A stretch of DNA of 64,000 nucleotides. It comes from Selaginella moellendorffii. Lineage: Eukaryota > Plantae > Lycopodiophyta. The notes beneath the pieces were generated by a model. The model ran no database searches. It had not been told where the DNA came from and saw nothing but the letters and a program-made list of their open reading frames with translations. Position numbers and translations under genes: made by a program. Each line of letters starts with the position of its first letter. Within the stretch, counting starts at the first letter, position 1. Below are positions 11,899-23,887 of the stretch, one piece after another. The stretch is taken from NCBI RefSeq assembly GCF_000143415.4, contig NW_003314355.1, positions 577,410-641,409 on the forward strand, read 5' to 3'.

Positions 11899-12832
11899 TC
11901 AGTAGTGATCGTAAGAAGATCTAGCAGCGCCACGCAGCCGCGGCCTATCATACGCCGGGGGAGCTGAGCGATCAAAGTGCGGTGCCCGGTCATACGGCCC
12001 CGGACGATCTCTATAGCCACCATCGTACCTCATAGCTCCGCCACTGCTCCGCTCACGGTCCCGGATCCCTCCGCCGCCACCTTCATACTTCCGCTCTCTT
12101 CCATACTCGTCACTGCTGTAGCGCTGCTCGTAGCGGTCTCCAAAGTAGTCACCACCGCCGCCTCGGTCACCATAGCGGCCGCCAAAGCCGACATCCCTGC
12201 CAATACCACCGCCGCCGCCACCGCCGCCACCGCTGCCATAGCGGTCGCGGGAAGAGACCGGACATTCCCTGGCCCAGTGACCCTGCCGCCCACACCGGAA
12301 GCAACTGTCGCTACCATTGTTGTCGCCCCTCCCGGCGTAGCCATTACTGTAAGGAGCGGCATATTCCCGGTCGCGGTAACGGTCGCCGGCACCACGGTCG
12401 AAGTCGCGGTCACGGTCCCTGTCGCGGTCCCTGTCGCGGTCGCGGTCGCGGTCGCCAAACCCCATGCCACCGCCGGTGTCGCTCTTGGGCAGTGCCTTGT
12501 TCACCGTCACCACGCGGCCGTCGAGCTCTTTGTTGTGGAGCCGGTCGATCGCCTCGTCCATTGCGCGCTGGTCCGCGAAGGTGACAAAGCCAAACCCGCG
12601 CGATCGCCCCGACCCCCGGTCGATGATCACCTGCCAAGAACACACACCACAGTGATGGATCCATCATGGCTCTCTCGGGACCGCGCAAAAGAAACCAAGA
12701 AGAAGCGAGTACCTTGGCCTCCAAGATCCTTCCAAACTGCCGGAAGCTGCTCTCCAGCGCTTGATCGTCGGTGGACCACGAGAGACCGCCCACGAAACAG
12801 CGAAACTCGTCGCCGGAGCCGCCCCCTGACAT
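11899..12832 (-). CDS. Glycine-rich RNA-binding protein RZ-1 type (RRM + CCHC knuckle)
   Basis: RCFVGGLSW, RSRGFGFVTF, CFRCGRQGHWARECP, DR repeats; one intron ~12632-12712. Confidence 0.9.
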
Positions 12833-12977
12833 GCCGGCGTCGCGATCGTCTTGCGTCGTTGCGCGCTCACCCTAGCTTCTTTGCCACTTCTTACAAGCTA
12901 CCACGAACCCTAAAAACGTTGACGGGCTTATTTTAATCTTACCTTTCAGCCAGCCCCCCAAATTTAAGTTCGTCCCG

Positions 12978-14035
12978 TCACTCGGCCACTGGCGATGGCG
13001 CTAGTGACGTTTCTTGTTCTTCTTGTTCTTGTTCTTCTTCTTCATCGTCGTCTAATCCTTCCACAATGTACTCCTTGTAGGGAAAACTCGCATTTGTCAC
13101 TGACTATATCGAAAAATGTGCTTCCTTTGCTTACCTTGGTGAGGTCTTGCTTTTCTAGGACGTGGTAGTGCCTGTTGGTGATCTTCCGCCCACAGATGAT
13201 GGCTATGAAGAACCCGTAGAGAAGCCCGACCAAGATGAGCACCAGCACTGCGAGAATTCGATTGAAAAACGCAGCGAGAATAGTGGAATGACTTACCAGC
13301 GAGTGCGTAGAAACCATACGCGTGCTGCTCGTCGTAGCCAAACATCTCTTTGAGTTCCTCCCCGTAGAAGGCATACACAAGCGCGCCCAGCAAGATCACA
13401 ACCTGGAAGTGAAGCATCAAAACGCTGTGAGTGCTCCAAGAACAAAGAGGATAAGATCTTACTTACCACTTGGACGAGCACGAAAATGACAGTGTGGTCT
13501 CGAAAGACAAGCAGCTGGAACTTGAGCCGGAGCCACCATCGATCCGGCGGCCTGTTGACTCTCATCTGGAACACACTCCGGCACTCGGTACAATGGGAGA
13601 AAGCAAATCCTTCCTAGTAGAAACAGGAAAGAAGAACAAAAACGAAAACCATTCCATCCATCAGGCCATCATCTCTTCCACCGCTACTTACAGACAGAGA
13701 TGCCGCTTTCTTGCGCAGCAGAGTACCTTGACCGCCCTCCAATTGTCCAGACACGATCTGTGCACGAACTTCTGCGTCCCTTTGCATTGACACGGCGCGA
13801 TCAAGTCACTCCCTGGACGAAACAAGCATCCGATAATCCTCCATTCAAGAAATTCCCACACATTCTCACCTCCACACTCGAGACAGATCCGGCACTGGCG
13901 CTGCTGCTGCCGATCCAGCTCCAAATCCACGCAAAAGCTGCCGCTGCTCGATGCCGCCTCCTCAATGCCTGCGTATTTCGGCAGCGCCGAGCCGAAATCC
14001 AGCTCCAGCGCCGGGGCGGCGCTGGCCTGCGCCAT
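12978..14035 (-). CDS. RING-variant (C4HC3, MARCH-like) membrane E3 ligase
   Basis: CRICLE..LIAPCQCKGTQKFVHRSCLDNW..CTECRSVF, two TM segments, RHYHVLEKQDLTKEYIV. Confidence 0.85.
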
Positions 14036-14145
14036 CGCCACGAATTTCTTGCGTCACGAACGCCCTAGCCAGAAAACGTAAGCGTGGAAGAGGCGCTTAA
14101 TTTAAACAGTAAGTCAGCCATAGACTCTATCGATCGATTGATCGC

Positions 14146-16232
14146 TCAAGCGCCAAGTCCCAGCGATTTTGGGCGAGATCGAGGGAGAAGAGGCTGCGTC
14201 ATTCCCTGTCCATTTCTTCCCAGTCCACTCCCTTCCACAAATCCCATCTTCGCCAGCATTCGCGAGCCAAAGCCTTTGGTGTGAGCTTCGAAGCTCCCGA
14301 GTGGAGCTTTGTCAACGCTCTCTTTGCTCCTCACAGTGACGCTCGTCTCGGAGAAAAGCACCACCGGAGTTTCTGGATTGTCACCCGGTTGGAGCACACC
14401 GCTCGAGACGAAACTTGGCGGCTGCTGCTGGATCGAAGATGATCGCTCGCCATCTTTTCTCTTCTTCAGTGGCTTCTTGTTTCTCTTGCCATGCTGCTCA
14501 AGCTTTTCGTTCTCTCGTGCCATGCTCGCCCGAGCGTGCCGAGCAGCTCTCTTGTACTTGGCAGCCAGCCTTCCAGCTTCACCCTTCTTGGCTTTCGGTG
14601 GCGAGTCGTCGAGTTCTTTTTCACGCCCCAGAAGCTGGTAGAAAGAAAGATCATAAGAGATGGAAAAAAAAAAATGGAAGCGAGACCTTTAACATTTGCT
14701 GAATATCCAGTCCTTGCGGTAGAGCCGTGTGCCTGGTTCGTGTCACAGTCGGAAATCTGTAACAGATACGTAAAAAACAATCCGAGCACAGAAAAAGCCC
14801 GACTGATTCACCGTTTTTTCCCAGATCCATGAGCCCCGACTTTCAGACGGTATACAGCAGCAAGCTTATTCACCTGCGAAAGACAAATAAGTTACGATCC
14901 AATTTTCAGCGAAGGTGGTCTAATTACCAGAGTAAGGTCCCTATGCTTCATTGGTTGAAGAGCAAGCATATCGCATTCGCTGAGTACCATGCTCTCAAAC
15001 ATCTGTGAAAAAGCTAACACTTTTCACCGCAACAGATGAATCACAGCCTTCATACGTACCACGTTCATGCTCTCGAGATCAACACCCCGGTGCAATGCTC
15101 TCTCTCTGCGTTTGCGGGCGATTAATTCCTTTTTGTATTTCTTCCTCTCTCCTGGAATCAATCAAACACTATTAAAAAATCGTATGAAAAGAAACTCTTA
15201 CCAGGTACTCCTTTTTGCCAGCGAGCCGTGTCCAGCCCCTTTCTTTCTATACGGCCTTTGTCTAGAATGAAAGATGGTTCAATGACTCCGATGAGTTCTT
15301 CGTTGTCGCTCAGATCAAGACATTTCAAACGGGCTCCCTGTCTGGAAAATACGGCTTCCACGTCGTCATCGTCCTCGGAGCTACTATCGCCGGACTTGTA
15401 TCCAAGCCCCGCATGGACAACCGATTCGCTGCTGCTGGAGCCATCATCGCCATCTGCGCTCTCGTCATCGTCGGAATCCGAGAGAAAAAACTCCTCGTCA
15501 ATCTCGTCACCACTCTCGAGAGCCACTTTCATTGCCATGGCTCTCATTGCCATTTCCGTGGAGAGCTCCTCCAGTGAGACCTCGTTTCCAAGATTTCCTG
15601 CGTAGTCCTCAGCGAGGTCCGAATCCACACTCGAGGAACAATCGTCTTCACTGTCCGAGGATGAGCTGGAACTCGGCTTCTTCTCATACTTGGTGTGATT
15701 TTTGGCTTTGTTTGATCTTGGAGTCTTTGTCTTTGTTGATCGTCTAGAGCAGCTTGGTATGTCCATGGATGATCCCTTGTCCTCGAAAACGGCTGCTCGG
15801 GTGGGAAGAGCAGCGAGAATTATCTGAGTAGCAAAAATCGTTTTCCAGCCAAAGTTCATACGCAACAAGACTCAACCAACCTGTGCTTCGCTCGGAATTG
15901 GAAACGAACCATCTCTGCTTGGTCTTCCTGCGAGCCACATTTTTCGTTAAGAAAAAAATTTCACAATGATCGTGAGGCACTTACTCTTGTATTCGTCCTC
16001 TACGACCAGAAATTCGTGATCGAGATCCTTACGGGTGCCCCTATGCTTCCCGCGTCCCTCTACAAGCGCTAACAGATAGGATTGAGCTAGAATGCCGCGA
16101 CGACTTACCCTTTGGCTTCCAATCACTCAGAAATCCGGCCTCCACAAAATGCGATCGATTCGAGCAATGGCTCTTGCTCTCCCTGCTGCTGCGGCCGCTG
16201 CTCTGCGCTCCACCCCTTCGTCTTCGCGACAT
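14146..16232 (-). CDS. G-patch and R3H domain protein
   Basis: C-terminal GSFEAHTKGFGSRMLAKMGFVEGSGLGRNGQG..RPKSLGLGA; R3H-like exons 14730-15060; acidic middle region. Confidence 0.8.
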
Positions 16233-16452
16233 TGAAGCTCCGAAATTAGGTCTTCCGGAAACGGTATATTCTAGGAAAAGAGAATGTTTGCGACATATTC
16301 TTTTTCTTGTGACGTGGCATAGCTAACCTAGACAATTCAAACTTTCCCGCCCAAACGTACATTCGAAGATCCGATATTTAGCATATTCTCGGCGCCGCCC
16401 TAGTAATTTCAAAGTTTCCCGCTCTTCACCTAGGGTTCTTAGTAGGCGGCGA

Positions 16453-17475
16453 ATGAGCATTGTTCACAGGCGGTGTGTGTGCCGGCGGCACGAGAGGTAT
16501 GCGCGCGACGAGCAGAGGCAATCGTTCGAGCAGTCCGCCGGGTATTATCGGTGCCGCCAGTGTCAGGCAAGGGATCGCCGATCGTCCTCGGTCATGAATC
16601 TCAATGTCTCCAAGTTCCACTATCAGGAAGCCGCCACAGAGATTTCCAGGCCGAGACGCAAGGGCAAGGTCAAGTGCCGCTATGCCATCTCAAAATCCGT
16701 GGCCCGTGCCAGAAAAGAGGGGCTTTTGCTGGCGGGGAGTGAGGGTTTTGCGCCAAGAACCCCAATGACGCCATCGGGGCAGCTCTACCCTAATGATCGT
16801 CGGAAGGAATCGCCTTTTGACCGTCTTCCTCTGGAGCTTCTGGTAAGCGATCCATCATTGCCCATGCCGGAGATGAGACTGACTGGACTACGCTTTTTTC
16901 TTCTCTCTCTCTTTCTCTCTTTTCTATGCTAGGTTCGCATCGTCTGCAGTCTACACCATGATCAACTCAAGCCTGCTTTCCACGTTTGCAGACGATTCAG
17001 ACAAGCGGTATGAAAATGGTGGTTTCTCCTATCGCTGCTTATCTCTGAATCTTGTGGCAGGTCCTTATAGCCCAGGAGTCCCATTTCGATTTCAGGACAC
17101 CGAATCGTGAGCGTCAAGTGGAGCTCGAGCTGATGACTCCTAGACCCAATGAACGTTGGCCATTTGCAAGGTACTCTCGATTACTCTTTCCGTCCATCTT
17201 TCTTTCCGTCCAACACCTTTTTCTTTTTCTTTGTCAGTCGCACTAGCGATCAACCGACCACCCCGATGGCTCCAAGACATGCACCGAGGCCCCCTCAAGC
17301 TAGAATAGCCTTGGGAGACTTGAAACAAGTGGCTGCTAATCTCTTTCCGGGCGATTACGAACATGGCATCGAGGAACCCAGGCCCGCGCCTAGAGCAATC
17401 ACATCCCACCGAGTGCTATTCACGGAGGAAGAACTCTGCCAGGCGGTGGCCAACAACACTCTAGAGCTCCTCTGA
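16453..17475 (+). CDS. F-box protein of the FBS/SKIP27 family (FBS4-like)
   Basis: FDRLPLELLVRIVCSLHHDQLK..HFDFRTP; C-terminal SHRVLFTEEELCQAVANNTL; start codon uncertain (16453 or 16594). Confidence 0.78.
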
Positions 17476-17630
17476 GGTAGACGTCTTGACAAGACGTCCC
17501 AAGTGTAAGTGCTCGTTTCACTATTTTAGATAAGAAGTCGGCAACTAGTTTAAAGGCAACTTGGATCTCCACTTAGGGACAGGAGGAAGTATATATAGTT
17601 CCTTCTCTACTTCAACTCCAGCAGGCTGAA

Positions 17631-18080
17631 ATGAAGACAGTGGCAATGAAGACGGTGGCGGTGGCTCTCCTTGTGCTGGTGGTTTTGGGAGGGATAGAGT
17701 CCCGTAAGCAGCTGGAATGGGAAGACGAAGCTCAAGCTCGAACTGGATTTCCAGCTGGAGGTTTCGTTCCAGCACCTCGCCCGAGGAAGAACTCTCATCA
17801 CCACGGCTCCCACGGCCACACTCCAGACGGCTCTTCTTACGGTTCCAGCAGTGGAAGTAGCAGTGGCGATGGTAGTGCGAGCGGCTATGGCTCTGGATAC
17901 GGTGGTGGCCCTGGCGGAGGCAGTGGCTCCGGCTATGGCTATGGATCCAGCTCGGGCTCTGGGAGTACTGGCTATGGCTATGGAAGTGGCCAGGTTCCTG
18001 GGGCTGGTAGCTCAAGCGAAGACGAGTCCCACTTTCCAGGTGGAGTGCCACCCCTGCCAGAAATGCCTGGGTTTGTTTAG
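17631..18080 (+). CDS. Secreted glycine/serine/tyrosine-rich cell-wall protein
   Basis: Signal peptide MKTVAVALLVLVVLGGIESR, GSGYG repeats, TATA box at ~17589. Confidence 0.75.
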   Translation: MKTVAMKTVAVALLVLVVLGGIESRKQLEWEDEAQARTGFPAGGFVPAPRPRKNSHHHGSHGHTPDGSSYGSSSGSSSGDGSASGYGSGYGGGPGGGSGSGYGYGSSSGSGSTGYGYGSGQVPGAGSSSEDESHFPGGVPPLPEMPGFV

Positions 18081-18216
18081 AAAGATCCATGTTTTGGTAA
18101 TCCGCGATCTTATAATGTAGTTAACGATCTCATAATATCTATACCGATCTTATATCTTATTCGCGATCTTTATTCCCACTCCACCACCGACTCATTATAT
18201 TGAATAATAAGTGTCG

Positions 18217-19152
18217 TTACTTCCTCGATCTTGGCTTGGATCTCCACTGCTGGGATCTTTCTTTACCTCCATCTCCTCCACGATGAATCGAGCGCCAGCA
18301 TCGGCTTGGGGCCCAGGAAGAGGCACTCGAGGTGTGCTGGAGGATCATCCTCTGGGGCGCCCACCCGGTAGTCCTTGGTCGAGCCATCGTGGCATTGTGG
18401 AGGGACTGGAAGAATCCACAGGAATGGACGCTTGGTCGCTTCCAATCCAGCCGCGAGCTCGCGGACTTGCTCCTCGGCCAGGAACGTCCTGCTGCCAAAC
18501 GAGATGAAGATCATATCGTCATTGGGCGCCGATGCTTCTTTCCCCACTGCCTTGGTATTGGGCGATTCACCATCGATCGCTAGCAGAGGGCCGATGGGAA
18601 AAACTGGCAGGATCCGGGGCCGGGCTCTAATCAGCTCCGCCATGGCTACACGCTCGAGCTCTTCGCAGGAATTCACCAGCACGGCCGATGTCGCGATTCC
18701 AGTTGCGGGAAGCCATCTCTGGATCGTCGAATGCTGGCTGGAACGCGGCCCGGGACTCATCGATCCAGGGTTCCGGCAGAGGTGCCTTAATTCCCAGCAT
18801 GACGGACAAATACGAGCAGCTAGCAGTGAGGCTAGCAGTGTGGAACACGAACTTGGGGAGCTTGCTACGTCGGATCGCGTCAGCACTCCACATCATCACC
18901 GTGATGTCCACTCAAATTGCGACGTCCAGCTTGGCAGTGAGATGCGTGTCGAATTGGATCTGGGGGACTCGCCGGCGATGGCAGGGACTGCAATTCTTTC
19001 TTGGACGAGAAGATCATCGTGATGGAAACACCGTGAAGAATGGCGAGCTTGTTGGCGAGGATAGTTGCGGGTGCAATGTGGCCCTTGTTTCTGTAGGGGA
19101 CGAACAGTTAGTGTCGGGGATGCAACCTCTTGCCGCCATCGCCTGTTGCCAT
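18217..19152 (-). pseudogene. UDP-glycosyltransferase pseudogene
   Basis: High similarity to the two adjacent UGTs, with frameshifts and several internal deletions including part of the PSPG box. Confidence 0.85.
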
Positions 19153-19664
19153 CTCTCTAATTAGGTTTATGTCTTGATCTGGGAACCGATTGACACGGGA
19201 AGATCTGGGCTCCCTAACGCGCATGAATGCAGCCTTAGTCCTAGGTTGCAATACCGTGTAATATGTATTCTTGACTTCACAGAAGCTGGCAGATGTAACC
19301 ATCACAGGATCACAACACATAGCCTGCTCATGTTGGTGGCCACGCGCAGCAATTGGAGCGAAATACTCTCCAGAGGTCAGCGCTGTGGAGAGAGTCCCTT
19401 TCAAAATTTACACGATCTACGATCTGACTCTTTGCACGAGAGATCCACTTTTGCCCCAGCTATGAAGAAGATTTGAACAACAGCTATGCAACTTAACAGT
19501 TTACAAGCAATATCATCGATACCATCGAGCAAGAAATTCAGAACAAGAAACAGTGTCCAAAGACAAGAGAGAGCGAGGACAAATCAGCAGATCAAAGAGC
19601 TCAGTAAATCGATCTGTAAGCTTATCTACGAACACTATTATAAACAGCTTATGGAATAACAATC

Positions 19665-21002
19665 TTACATTTGTGATAGAGCCTCTGCAAATGCTTGGAG
19701 GTTTTTGGCGGAGCTCGGCGCATTCCTCACGTACTCTTTTAGGGTAGCCGCATTGCCAGAGGAGTTCCTGGCCTCCAGCCTCGCCACCTCCTCGATCTTG
19801 GCTTGGATCTCGCCACTGCGCACGATTCCACCGCCATCTTTCTCCAGCTCCACCCCGGCCTTGATCTCCTCCTCGATGAATCGAGCGTTCTCGGGCTGGT
19901 CCGCGCCGAACGGCCAGCACAGCATCGGCTTGGCGCCCAGGTAGAGGCACTCGAGCACGGAATTCCAGCCGCAGTGCGTCACGAATGCTAGCAGGGAGCT
20001 GTGCTGGAGGATCATCTTCTGAGGCGCCCATCCAGACAGGATGAGGCCGCCTTGATTTCTCGCCAGGAATCCATCGGGAAGAACATGATCCAGGTATTCC
20101 TTGGTGCCATCGGCCCAGTGTGGAGGGACTGGAAGAACCCACATGAATGGCCGCTTGCTGCCTTCCAATCCAGTCGCGAGCTCGCGGATTTGCTCCTCGC
20201 CCAGAAACGTCCTGCTGCCAAACGAGACGAAGATCACCGACGAGGGCTCCTGCTCGTCCAGCCACTGCTTGCACGCCTCGGCATTGGGTGGCGATGGTTC
20301 ATGCCCCACTGCCTTGGGATTGGGCGAATCGGCATCGATCGCTAGCAAGGGGCCGACGGGAAGAACTGGCGGGATGCGGGGCCGGGCTCTAATCAGCTCC
20401 TCCACGGCTTGGCGCTCGAGCTCTTCGCACGAATTCACAAGCACTGCCTGCGCTTCCCCGAGGTCGCGTTTCCAATCGTGGGATCCAAAATCCGGCATCT
20501 CGGGATCGTCGATCCTTGGCTGGAACCCCGCCCGGGACTCATCGATCTGGGGTTCCGGCAGCTCAGCTCTAATCCCCAGCATGACGGACAAATACGAGCA
20601 GCTAGCAGTGTAGAGCGAGAACTTGGGGAGCTTGCTACGTTCGATCGCGTCAACACTCCACAGCACTATGATATCCACTAGAATTGCGACGGGTGGCGAG
20701 GCCAAGCGCTTGAGCTCGTCCAGTTTTTCGGTGAGAGCCTCGGACTTACTCCTTGTTCCTCCCTGCGTGTCGAGCACCACGAATTTGATCTGGGGGCTCG
20801 CCGGCGATGGCGAGGATTCCAATTCTTTCTCGGACACAAAGATCATAGTGATGGAAGTGCCGTGAAGAATGGCGAGCTTGTTGGCGAGGATCATTGACGG
20901 CGCAATGTGGCCTTTGTCTGTGAACGGGAGGAACACCAAGTGTGGGGGATGCGACCTCTTACCGTTATCGCCGTTGTTGCTTGATACTACCATTGGAGCC
21001 AT
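19665..21002 (-). CDS. Family 1 UDP-glycosyltransferase (intronless)
   Basis: N-terminal catalytic His (KGHIAP), VIFVSFGS, PSPG box WAPQKMILQH..THCGWNSVLE..WPFGADQ. Confidence 0.92.
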   Translation of the reverse strand: MAPMVVSSNNGDNGKRSHPPHLVFLPFTDKGHIAPSMILANKLAILHGTSITMIFVSEKELESSPSPASPQIKFVVLDTQGGTRSKSEALTEKLDELKRLASPPVAILVDIIVLWSVDAIERSKLPKFSLYTASCSYLSVMLGIRAELPEPQIDESRAGFQPRIDDPEMPDFGSHDWKRDLGEAQAVLVNSCEELERQAVEELIRARPRIPPVLPVGPLLAIDADSPNPKAVGHEPSPPNAEACKQWLDEQEPSSVIFVSFGSRTFLGEEQIRELATGLEGSKRPFMWVLPVPPHWADGTKEYLDHVLPDGFLARNQGGLILSGWAPQKMILQHSSLLAFVTHCGWNSVLECLYLGAKPMLCWPFGADQPENARFIEEEIKAGVELEKDGGGIVRSGEIQAKIEEVARLEARNSSGNAATLKEYVRNAPSSAKNLQAFAEALSQM

Positions 21003-22232
21003 CTCTCTGCTTGGAAATCTCATGGGTTTTGAGTCTCTTTTGTATGTTTTTGGTTGTGAGCAGCGTTTGACACGCATAGATGTGGGCTCCTTGACACGTA
21101 TGACTTTGTATGTATGAATCTTATTGGATTCATACGTTTCTCCTAGAAGCTTCGAGCTCCAAAGAACGCGCCGTCCACTTTGCGAATGAATCGGGTCACT
21201 TAAATGCGCCTTGTTTTCAACTTGGGAGAACTGTGTTGGAGCTTGACTTGTCGAAAGAAGAGAGACGAGCTTGCTTCTTTGATTACGCCATTGTCACGTT
21301 TACCGCTATAGCCAACAAGTGACATGGCTTTGTGTTTGAACGGGGCAAAGGAAGCACCTATCTTGATGCAAGTTTATTCACAGTGGGATATCTCAAACAA
21401 CCTATGGGTGATGACAACATTTGCAGACGATGGCACAAAATTGGAGTAACAAAGGAGCAATGACAAGTATTATAATCAAATTGCTGAGGTTCATCCCTCT
21501 GTCCCACCAATTTGTCCCACCTCATGAACCAACCATGCACAATTCTAACTCATACACCATATTCTTGTGGTTTTGGGAGAGAGAAGCCGCCACAACGATA
21601 TCCTTGTCTTGATCCTTGCCTGCAGACAGTCATGCCCAGATCGCCGTCACCCTACCAAACCAGGAAAATTCTGACACAGACCAGTTATAAAAAGGTGAGT
21701 ATGGAGTGTTGGGGCGCTACAGGCAGCGTTGAAGCAGTTAGAGCGACGTTGAGACTCCCCAAATTTCAGCAGTCAGTGCATTGAGGTTTTTCGGCAAGAG
21801 TTTCCAGATTTTGATCTACTCAAACAGGGATGAGAGCAAACATATCCACCACCACAAAAACCAGCCTTAATTTATAATAGATATCACTCTCATTGGAGTT
21901 AAAAAACCCTAATAATATTATGGACAAAGTTTGATATGGACTTACGAACAAAACAACAACGAGAACTACAAAAGAGGCATCTATCTATGTTGGATTTTTA
22001 AATGCTGGTGACAGAAGGTCATGGATCCGGGCTTGACGTGTCTGAAAGTTTCCAAAACAGCTCATGATCTAGATCTTTGGACAACACAATCAAGGAAGCA
22101 AGCTCATCTATACAATAACAAGGCCAGATGCCCTGCATGCCCTCATGACCTTTACAAACATCTTGTGATCTTGTACAAACCCTAGCCCAAGATTTCCAGA
22201 TCTCTCAGATCCCTAGCCACGCCATTGTCACA

Positions 22233-23564
22233 TCAAACGTAGGCCTGCACTCTACCTGCAAATGCTTGGAGGTTTATGGAGGAGCTCTTCGCGTTTCTCA
22301 CTTGCTCTGTAGCAGTAGCAGCATTGCCAGAGGAGTTCCTGGCCTCCAGCCTCGCCACCTCCTCGATCTTGGTTTGGATCTCGCTGCTGCGCACGATTCC
22401 ACTGGGATCTTTCTCCAGCTCCACCCCGGCCTTGAGCTCCTCCTCGATGAATCGAGCGTTCTGGGGCTGGTCCGTGCCGAACGGCCAGCACAGCATCGGC
22501 TTGGCGCCCAGGTAGAGGCACTCGAGCACGGAATTCCAGCCGCAGTGCGTCACAAATGCTAGCAGGGAGCTGTGCTGGAGGATCATCTTCTGAGGCGCCC
22601 ATCCAGACAGGATGAGCCCGGCTTGATTTCTCGCCAGGAATCCATCGGGAAGAACATGATCCAGGTAGTCCTTAGTCGAACCATCGGCCCAGGTTGGCGG
22701 GACTGGAAGAACCCACAGGAATGGCCGCTTGCTGGCTTCCAATCCAGCCGCGAGTTCGTGGATTTGCTCCTCTGCCAGAAACGTCCTGCTGCCAAACGAG
22801 ATGAAGATCACTGACGAGGGCTGCTGCTCGTCCAGCCACTGCTTGCACGCATCGGCATTGGGTGGCGATGATTCTTGCCCCACTGCCTTGGGATTGACAT
22901 CGATCGCTAGCAAGGGGCCGACGGGAAGAACTGGCGGGATCCGAGGCTGGGCTCTGATCAGCTCGGCCATAGCTTCCTGCTCGAGCTCTTCGCACGAATT
23001 CACCAGCACGGCCTGCGCCTCCCCGCTGTCGTCATTCCAATCGTGGGATTCGATATCCGGCATCTCGGGATCGTCGAGTCCCAACTGGAACGCGGCCCGG
23101 GACTCATCGATCCACGGTTCGGGCAGAGGTGCCTTAATCCCCAGCATGACGGACAAATACGAGCAGCTAGCAGTGTAGAGCACGAACTTGGGGAGATTGC
23201 TACGTCGGATCGCGTCAGCACTCCACATCACTATGATATCCACTAGAATTGCGACGGGTGGCGAGGCCGAGCGCTTGAGCTCGTCCAGCGTGGCAGTGAG
23301 AGCCTCGGACTTACTTCTTGTTCCTCCCTGCGTGTCGAGAGCCATGAATTGGATGTGGGGACTCGCCGGCGATGGCCAGGATTCCAATTCTTTCGCGGAC
23401 GCGAAGATCACAGTGATGGAAATACCGTGAAGAATGGCGAGGTTGTTGGCGAGGATAATTGATGGTGCAGTGTGGCCTTTGTCTTTGTATGGGACGAAGA
23501 CCAAGTGTGGGGGACGCTTGCCACCATCGCCATTGTTGCTTGATACAACCATCGCTGGAGCCAT
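22233..23564 (-). CDS. Family 1 UDP-glycosyltransferase (intronless, tandem paralog)
   Basis: 443-aa ORF with KGHTAP and PSPG box ending GTDQ; close paralog of 19665-21002. Confidence 0.92.
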   Translation of the reverse strand: MAPAMVVSSNNGDGGKRPPHLVFVPYKDKGHTAPSIILANNLAILHGISITVIFASAKELESWPSPASPHIQFMALDTQGGTRSKSEALTATLDELKRSASPPVAILVDIIVMWSADAIRRSNLPKFVLYTASCSYLSVMLGIKAPLPEPWIDESRAAFQLGLDDPEMPDIESHDWNDDSGEAQAVLVNSCEELEQEAMAELIRAQPRIPPVLPVGPLLAIDVNPKAVGQESSPPNADACKQWLDEQQPSSVIFISFGSRTFLAEEQIHELAAGLEASKRPFLWVLPVPPTWADGSTKDYLDHVLPDGFLARNQAGLILSGWAPQKMILQHSSLLAFVTHCGWNSVLECLYLGAKPMLCWPFGTDQPQNARFIEEELKAGVELEKDPSGIVRSSEIQTKIEEVARLEARNSSGNAATATEQVRNAKSSSINLQAFAGRVQAYV

Positions 23565-23887
23565 CTCTCTACTTGGAGAATTCAGGGGTGGAGTCTCTTT
23601 TTTATATAATTTTGGTGGATCTGAGTTGTCCTACGCACCGATCGACACACGGGCTCCTAGACACGCATGGATTTGCATATCCGGAATCATATTGGTTCTT
23701 CTCACTCAAGAACGTAGAGTTCGAATCGCGCTTCTGCCATCGAATCCCAGCCGTCCAATTCGATCGAACTTTAGAAAAAGCGCGGCAAATGAATCGGCTG
23801 ACCTAAAATGCGCTCATTCGCGCCTTCTACGTTTTCGTGTAGTAGCGCTGCTAGGCTAGGGTTCTTGAGGTGAGGAGGGCAGGGGCA

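Noticed and set aside
11977-12936. 319-aa Ala/Thr/Val-rich plus-strand ORF
   Set aside because: Antisense shadow of the GC-rich RZ-1 gene
16264-23682. Scattered single GNATATNC sites (16264, 16381, 23675)
   Set aside because: A 6-informative-base motif is expected many times by chance in 64 kb
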